A stretch of 64,000 bases of DNA, taken from Candidatus Kaiserbacteria bacterium RIFOXYB1_FULL_46_14. Its GTDB lineage: Bacteria; Patescibacteriota; Minisyncoccia; Phycocordibacterales; UBA918. Below are positions 57,113 to 64,000 of the stretch, one piece after another; within the stretch, counting starts at the first letter, position 1; every line of letters begins with the position of its first letter. The stretch lies in NCBI GenBank assembly GCA_001783525.1, contig MFMS01000002.1:121791-185790 (forward strand). The letters are read 5' to 3'. A program made the position numbers and the translations under genes. The notes under the pieces are model-generated. The model was not told the DNA's origin, searched no databases, and was given only the letters and a program-made list of their open reading frames with translations.

Positions 57113-58432
57113 ATGAACAAAATAAAAAATCTGATTAAGAAATATCCCTACTATTCGGCTGGTGCTATTGCCGCATTACTAGCGATAGTCGGTTTTGTTG
57201 TTGTTTTTAATAGTAAGGATGCCGAGGAAGTCGCAAAAGAAGCCACTCGCCAAGTAGCAACCATGAGTGTGACCGAGGGCGCTGAAGGCGCACTAGGTGT
57301 TGCCTACCCGACCGCCAGCGGTAACTCCTTTGTGGTTCGTGCCGAGGCAAGTGGTCGTGTAGAGCGAGCAGTCAAGGTTGGTACCAAAGTAACAGCTGGC
57401 ACCATCATCGCTGAACTAGACAATTCTTCTGAGCGTGCGGCTTTGACCCAAGCACAGGGCTACTATGAAGCGGCACAGGCCGGAGCGGCTCAAAGCGATG
57501 TTAGTGTGGACGATGCTAAGACCGCACTCGCCGCTGCCAAGCAGAATGCTGTATCTGCCAGCCGTGTAGCCATGACCGCTTGGAATAACGTTCTTTTCAA
57601 TACGGTTGACGAACTTTTTTCTAGTCCGCGCATCAGCCCAGGCGTGCGTATCAGTGCAAGCAGTCAAGCCACCGAGCTTAGTCGCAACCGCCTTGAATTC
57701 AATACTGTCCTTTCAGACTGGCAGAAGGATTTAGCCTCTCTTTCTAACACAAGCGACATCGGCACAATCAACGCGGCCCTTGACCGTGCCACTGCCGACG
57801 TGGATGCTCTCACTCGTATGGTTGACTCCTTTATATCGTTGCTGCCAAAACACCAGCCAGATACAGTCTTTACCACTAGTGAATTGACCAGACTGTCAGC
57901 TGAATTTGCCACTGCCCGCACCACACTCGACACACAGCACTCTGCTCTCTCTGGCGCCAAGAGCGCACTCGCTAGAGCTGACGAAGCAGTAAACAGCGCC
58001 TCCATTGGTGGTACTGGCGGCGCCGTGTCGTCTGCTAATGCGGCAATTAAACAAGCACTTGGTTCGTATCAGGCCGCTAAGGCAAACTATGACCGAACCA
58101 TTGTAAGAGCACCGTTTGCTGGCACCATCACTTCACAAAACGTAACCGTCGGTGACATTCTAAATGTCGGTGCCGATGTAGCTATTATCGTTCCGGAAGA
58201 AGGTGTTGAGACAAAGCGTTGGTGGACGCTTCCACTTTCTGCAGTTAAGTACATGCCAGACAATGCTTTTGTCTTTATTGTAAACAACGACAATGTAATC
58301 GAAGAGATCAAAGTTGAAACCGGACTAGTAACAGCCAGCAACATCAAAGTGACTGGTCTTAACGGTAGTGAAAATGTCATCAAGGATGTCCGCGGACTAA
58401 AGGCAGGCGAGCGAGTAGAAGTAGCAAATTAA
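57113..58432 (+). CDS. Efflux RND periplasmic adaptor (membrane fusion protein, HlyD family)
   Basis: N-terminal TM, long coiled-coil hairpin, lipoyl-like and beta-barrel segments (RTIVRAPFAGTITSQNVTVGD). Confidence 0.8.
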   Translation: MNKIKNLIKKYPYYSAGAIAALLAIVGFVVVFNSKDAEEVAKEATRQVATMSVTEGAEGALGVAYPTASGNSFVVRAEASGRVERAVKVGTKVTAGTIIAELDNSSERAALTQAQGYYEAAQAGAAQSDVSVDDAKTALAAAKQNAVSASRVAMTAWNNVLFNTVDELFSSPRISPGVRISASSQATELSRNRLEFNTVLSDWQKDLASLSNTSDIGTINAALDRATADVDALTRMVDSFISLLPKHQPDTVFTTSELTRLSAEFATARTTLDTQHSALSGAKSALARADEAVNSASIGGTGGAVSSANAAIKQALGSYQAAKANYDRTIVRAPFAGTITSQNVTVGDILNVGADVAIIVPEEGVETKRWWTLPLSAVKYMPDNAFVFIVNNDNVIEEIKVETGLVTASNIKVTGLNGSENVIKDVRGLKAGERVEVAN

Positions 58433-58450
58433 ACTTAACTTTTTACCTTT

Positions 58451-61400
58451 ATGTTTCCTCTTTGGAACTTCTTCCTCACTCGCCAAGCATTTACGATCCT
58501 TACCATCTTCACCTTGCTGGCCGCGGGCACTTACGCCATTTTTTCTATTCCTAAGGAATCCACGCCAGAAATTGTGATTCCAATGGGAATCATTACCACC
58601 GTCTTGCCTGGCGCTACTGCCGCAGATGTGGAAAGACTTGTAACCGACAAACTCGAGCCAGCAGTGCGCAACGTCGCCAACATCGACGATGTTACCTCCA
58701 CCTCACAACAAGGTGTTTCTGTTATCACCGCGCAGTTCCTATCTTCGACTGACGTTGACGTGGCCCTCAACGACCTCCGTACCGCCATCGATGGTGTGAA
58801 GGCTGAACTACCAACCGATGCCGAAGAACCGACGGTGGCAAAAGTTGATTTTCAGAACCAACCAGTCTTGATGGTTGGTGTTTCAACTGACCTTTCTCCG
58901 ACCACTCTCGCCAAACTTGGCGAGGATCTCCAAGATGATCTGACTAACGTAACCGGAGTATCGCGAGTTGAGGTTTCTGGCGTGCGTGATCGACAACTAA
59001 CTATCGTTGTTCATAAGGATGCACTAGCGCGACATAACTTGCGTGCCGATCAAGTGATTGCTGCACTCCGTATGGCTAACGCGTCCATACCGGCTGGCGC
59101 ACTGACGATCGATGGTGTTGACTACCCCGTTCAGTTTGAAGGAGATATAACCGAGGCCGGTGCTATTGCAAACACTCCGATTACTACACCGTCAGGTACC
59201 GTTAGAGTGTCTGATGTCGCCACTGTTATTGATGGTTTTGAAAAATCATCCACTATTTCTCGTTTGTCACAAGGTGGGGAAGATGCGACCTACGCACTAA
59301 CTCTTAATATCTACAAGACATCCGGAGGAAATATTTTAACCGCTACCGACAACACCCTAGAGCGAATCGAGGAGCTCAAAGATAGCCTACTCAAAGGCTC
59401 TGATGTGGTTGTTATATATGACGCTGGCGAAGAAGTTCGTGACTCAATCAACGAACTGACTCGCACTGGCTTTGAAACAGTTATGCTTATTATGCTCGTT
59501 CTCTTGATCGCGATCGGTCTTCGTGAAGCACTCATTGCTGCACTTTCTGTACCACTATCTTTCGTGATCGCCTTTATGGGCATGATGGCAACCGGAAACT
59601 CGATCAACTTCATTTCCCTCTTTGCGTTGATTATCGCAATTGGTATTTTGGTGGACTCCGCCATTGTAGTAGTCGAAGCGATCCACACAAACCGAGAACG
59701 TGGCCTTGCTAAGCTCGAAGCTGCCCGCAAAGCCATTAAAGACTTTGGCTGGCCGTTGATTGCTGGCACCATGACCACGGTTGCGGTGTTCGTGCCGCTC
59801 TTCTTCCTAACCGGCATCATTGGTCAGTTTATTAAGTCCATTCCATTCACTATCATTGTCGTGCTAATGGCGTCGATTGTGGTAGCTCTTGGTTTTGTTC
59901 CTCTCATTACTCTCTGGGTTATCAAGCACGAAGAAAGTCCGTTTGTTATTTATCGAGAAAAACTTTGGACAAAAATCTCTACCAACTACCGAGCGTGGAT
60001 GGATAAGTTATTCTCAAGTATCCGCCTACAACGTTTGTTCTTTGGATTCTTGGCCGTTACTTTTGTTATAGCTTTGGCGCTACCGATCTCTGGTCTTCTG
60101 AAGACCGTAATGTTTCCTCCAGATAACGCTGACCTCGCTTACCTTGAGATAGAAATGCCACAAGCTACAACACTTACCGCTACCGACGCCGTGGCCAAAC
60201 TAGTTGAAAAGGAAGTGGCCAAAACTCCACACCTTAATTCGTATATGACGACAGTAGGTAGTGGTTCTCTATTCAACTCCAGTGGCGCTAGTGCTGGTAG
60301 TAAGTTTGCCAACATTACCTTAAACCTCGACCCTGACCGCCCAAAAAGCGCAAACAGTGAAGTGATTGTGAGTGATCTTCGAGTTCGTCTCGCCGGTCTT
60401 ACTCTAAACAACGCAAAGGTGACAGTATCGTCAGCAGAGGGTGGGCCACCTTCTGGCGCTCCGATTGTCGCCAAAGTATGGGGTGAGGATGCTGCGGCCC
60501 TTTCACGTGCTACCGAGCAACTAGAAAACCTCGTCAAGAATACCGCCGGCACTCGCGATATTTCTTCCTCACTTTCAAATGACGGAACGGAGTTACGTAT
60601 CGCTGTCGATCGGAGCAAAGCAGAAGAATATGGTTTATCAGCCGCTGACGTGGCCTCCACTTTGCGCACAGCGATTGACGGAGTTGATGCCACTACTATC
60701 CGCATCGAAGGTGAGGATGTGGACGTGCACGTTGTAATGGACTTAAACGCTGACTTCGTAAACCCAGAAGACACCTCCATCGCTACCGCAGACGCAATCG
60801 CAACTGTGCCAGTCGCTACACCACGCGGAACTATCCCGCTTGGTTCCCTGCTTACTATCACCGCAGGGCGTACTTCGGCATCTATCAATCACGAAGACGG
60901 TACCCGAGTGAGCCAAGTTAGTGCTTATGTGGTAGATGGTGCTAACGCGGTTGAATTAACCGATGCGATCCGTGTTGAAGCCGAAAAGTTGGAGCTGCCG
61001 TCTGGTATTCATCTTAGTTTTGGTGGTGAAGATGAGGAAATCCGCCAGACCTTCACTGAGATGTTATTGGCTTTGATTGCTGGCCTCGTCTTGATGTTCG
61101 CAGTGTTGGTACTTGAATTTAACTCTTTCCGTACCTCACTCCGCCTACTCTCCGCGATTCCACTTTCGTTGACCGGCGTTCTAATAGGTCTATTCATCGC
61201 AGGACAACCGTTATCATTCACTGCCTTTCTGGGAATCATCGCGCTTGGTGGCGTTGTGATTAACCACGGTATTCTACTCCTCGACGTACTAAACCACTTA
61301 CGCGGGTCGAATGTCGATGGCAACCCGAAGGATATCGTACTTACTGCCGCCGAGAGTCGCCTTCGCCCGATCCTTCTTACCACCATCACAACTGTGATCG

Positions 61401-61546
61401 GTATGGTGCCACTTACTCTTGTGTCTGCGATGTGGGCGCCACTGGCTTTCACAATTGCCTTTGGTCTCATTTACGGCACAATCTTGACGCTGGTATTCAT
61501 TCCACTTCTTTCTTACCGTAGATTGGTAAAGGAGATGGCAAGATAA
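58451..61546 (+). CDS. RND-family efflux permease (AcrB/AcrD/AcrF-like, 1031 aa)
   Basis: 12-TM topology with two large loops; ACR_tran signature segments. Confidence 0.9.
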   Translation: MFPLWNFFLTRQAFTILTIFTLLAAGTYAIFSIPKESTPEIVIPMGIITTVLPGATAADVERLVTDKLEPAVRNVANIDDVTSTSQQGVSVITAQFLSSTDVDVALNDLRTAIDGVKAELPTDAEEPTVAKVDFQNQPVLMVGVSTDLSPTTLAKLGEDLQDDLTNVTGVSRVEVSGVRDRQLTIVVHKDALARHNLRADQVIAALRMANASIPAGALTIDGVDYPVQFEGDITEAGAIANTPITTPSGTVRVSDVATVIDGFEKSSTISRLSQGGEDATYALTLNIYKTSGGNILTATDNTLERIEELKDSLLKGSDVVVIYDAGEEVRDSINELTRTGFETVMLIMLVLLIAIGLREALIAALSVPLSFVIAFMGMMATGNSINFISLFALIIAIGILVDSAIVVVEAIHTNRERGLAKLEAARKAIKDFGWPLIAGTMTTVAVFVPLFFLTGIIGQFIKSIPFTIIVVLMASIVVALGFVPLITLWVIKHEESPFVIYREKLWTKISTNYRAWMDKLFSSIRLQRLFFGFLAVTFVIALALPISGLLKTVMFPPDNADLAYLEIEMPQATTLTATDAVAKLVEKEVAKTPHLNSYMTTVGSGSLFNSSGASAGSKFANITLNLDPDRPKSANSEVIVSDLRVRLAGLTLNNAKVTVSSAEGGPPSGAPIVAKVWGEDAAALSRATEQLENLVKNTAGTRDISSSLSNDGTELRIAVDRSKAEEYGLSAADVASTLRTAIDGVDATTIRIEGEDVDVHVVMDLNADFVNPEDTSIATADAIATVPVATPRGTIPLGSLLTITAGRTSASINHEDGTRVSQVSAYVVDGANAVELTDAIRVEAEKLELPSGIHLSFGGEDEEIRQTFTEMLLALIAGLVLMFAVLVLEFNSFRTSLRLLSAIPLSLTGVLIGLFIAGQPLSFTAFLGIIALGGVVINHGILLLDVLNHLRGSNVDGNPKDIVLTAAESRLRPILLTTITTVIGMVPLTLVSAMWAPLAFTIAFGLIYGTILTLVFIPLLSYRRLVKEMAR

Positions 61547-61561
61547 ATCACTAAGTAAAAC

Positions 61562-61594
61562 AAAACGGCTGGCGCCGAAGGCGCCGGCCGTTTT
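61562..61594. terminator. Bidirectional intrinsic terminator
   Basis: AAAACGGCTGGCGCC-GAAG-GCGCCGGCCGTTTT. Confidence 0.8.
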
Positions 61595-61612
61595 GTTATT
61601 CATAACTCCCAG

Positions 61613-61939
61613 TTACACCATCAACTTATCAATTCGCTTATTCTTTTTTTCAGCGTCCTTGATTAATCCAGTGATTGCTAGAATTTTTCTTTCGGAACGT
61701 ACAAATAAGTAAACGCCGCCGATTATTGATAAGAACAAAATACCAAACATCACCATCCCGTAGTCTGTGAAAACGGTTGGCAGGAGTGCACTATTGGCCA
61801 AAAATAAAAAGGCCAACGAAGATGCACTCACCACGATACCGGCACCTGTACGCACCAACGAAAGGTGTGTACGAAGCTCGGCCAACAATACTTGAATTTC
61901 AGACAATAACAGCTGTTCTTCCTTAACATCTTTCACCAT
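61613..61939 (-). CDS. Hypothetical small membrane protein (2 TM)
   Basis: Hydrophobic core; no recognised family. Confidence 0.4.
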   Translation of the reverse strand: MVKDVKEEQLLLSEIQVLLAELRTHLSLVRTGAGIVVSASSLAFLFLANSALLPTVFTDYGMVMFGILFLSIIGGVYLFVRSERKILAITGLIKDAEKKNKRIDKLMV

Positions 61940-61944
61940 ATCAA

Positions 61945-62451
61945 CTACTTAATGCCTTGTTGGTAACTCATTATCCCGTTTACGATCGCTGTACCTAGGA
62001 TCACCATACCTGCGTACGCAAGGAAAAATTGTTGGTACGTAAAGTCTGTTAATCCGAGTGGGACTAGAGCAAAGGTAATACCAAGTGTGTACCAACTACC
62101 AGCTTGAATGCCTGGGCCAAATCTTGACGACATCCAATGGAGCGTCATCAGGATAGCGTTTATGTATAACACCGCGATAATTGTCCAGATTCCTACCGTG
62201 AACGGATTTATATATCTGAGCGCAATAACGTTATAAAGTATCGCCGCTTGTGCCAAAGTGGTCATCAAAATAAGACCCATTGCAACTCGCAACAATATGT
62301 ACACCACTCCCATAATACGTCGCTCACCTTCTTCTATCTTTCCATTAGCGATAGCTACAAAAAACTGCGTCACTGCCGCAGTTGAACTTCCGACACCTAA
62401 CGACACGGCGATAGTCTGTAAGACCGACACTACGATATATGCTGTTTCCAT
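61945..62451 (-). CDS. Hypothetical multi-pass membrane protein
   Basis: Start at METAYIVV (62451); the longer ORF would translate the atp-operon terminator hairpin. Confidence 0.45.
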   Translation of the reverse strand: METAYIVVSVLQTIAVSLGVGSSTAAVTQFFVAIANGKIEEGERRIMGVVYILLRVAMGLILMTTLAQAAILYNVIALRYINPFTVGIWTIIAVLYINAILMTLHWMSSRFGPGIQAGSWYTLGITFALVPLGLTDFTYQQFFLAYAGMVILGTAIVNGIMSYQQGIK

Positions 62452-62463
62452 ACGGATATAATA

Positions 62464-62496
62464 ACAACCGCGGCGGCCTTTGGCCGCCGCGGTTGT
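62464..62496 (-). terminator. Intrinsic terminator after atpC
   Basis: ACAACCGCGGCGGCC-TTTG-GCCGCCGCGGTTGT. Confidence 0.75.
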
Positions 62497-62521
62497 GTAC
62501 ATCAAACGTCGGAGTTAACCC

Positions 62522-62764
62522 CTAAATCAATATGGTCGCGTGATTATTGTTCATCTCTAGTACGCCAGAATCAATTGAAATACTCTCCTGTTCCCCGCTT
62601 TCTTTTTTGATCATGATCGTACCAGCCTTCAAAGGAGAAATGATCGGGGCGTGGTCTGCCAACAATGTCATATCGCCAGCTGTACCAGGCACAGTCACCG
62701 AAACAGCCTCGCCATCAAAGATAGGCATATCGACGCGAGAAATTGTCAGATTAAGTAGTTTCAT
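62522..62764 (-). CDS. atpC: F-type ATP synthase epsilon subunit (beta-sandwich domain only, about 80 aa)
   Basis: ...ISRVDMPIFDGEAVSVTVPGTAGDMTLLADHAPIISPLKAGTIMIK; start at MKLLNL, 4 nt after the atpD stop. Confidence 0.8.
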   Translation of the reverse strand: MKLLNLTISRVDMPIFDGEAVSVTVPGTAGDMTLLADHAPIISPLKAGTIMIKKESGEQESISIDSGVLEMNNNHATILI

Positions 62765-62768
62765 GAGT

Positions 62769-64000
<1,232 letters not shown>

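Overview
This is a 64-kb chromosomal segment of roughly 48% GC. Almost all of it is housekeeping genes, and nearly every gene between ~1.7 kb and ~56.6 kb is on the minus strand. Several traits point to a reduced-genome Candidate Phyla Radiation/Patescibacteria bacterium (Saccharibacteria-like); this placement is inference only. The traits are a split transketolase; shortened PheS, PheT, AlaRS, LeuS and EF-Ts; a type IV prepilin; a sortase; an rplQ-rplM-rpsI fusion of ribosomal clusters; and grpE-dnaK-dnaJ with no hrcA or CIRCE. Long ORFs are intact under the standard genetic code. Called genes: gyrB, pheS-pheT, tsf-rpsB, prfA (RF1), rpmE, rplY, a pentose-phosphate/glycolysis cluster (pfkB-type kinase, split tkt, rpe, rpiB, gap), scpA, pepA, aspS, trpS, dnaJ-dnaK-grpE, rpsI...infA ribosomal/rpoA block, alaS, pepF, mnmA, mltG, leuS, ychF, a marR-MFP-RND efflux operon, and atpC with partial atpD. 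There is one tRNA-Thr(UGU) and many intrinsic terminators with GC-rich stems and GAAG or TTCG loops. No CRISPR array, rRNA, transposase or integrase was seen. Most notable findings: (1) a T-box riboswitch-like leader (GGUGGCACCGCG motif plus competing terminator) in front of aspS. (2) A 42.9-46.1 kb stretch encoding a stand-alone SpoT/Mesh1-type HD hydrolase, a Cas4-like Fe-S PD-(D/E)xK nuclease with a small coiled-coil partner, and an ATP-cone::Mrr-type endonuclease fusion translationally coupled to mnmA; this could be a nucleotide-sensing defence/stress module. (3) A PilM/FtsA-like actin-fold protein plus a bitopic partner sitting where secY-adk-map normally precede infA. (4) A perfect 42-bp palindrome between a strongly SD-driven 73-aa ORF and alaS. 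(5) A possible small-RNA locus containing a perfect 13-bp inverted repeat between an HD gene and rpsI.
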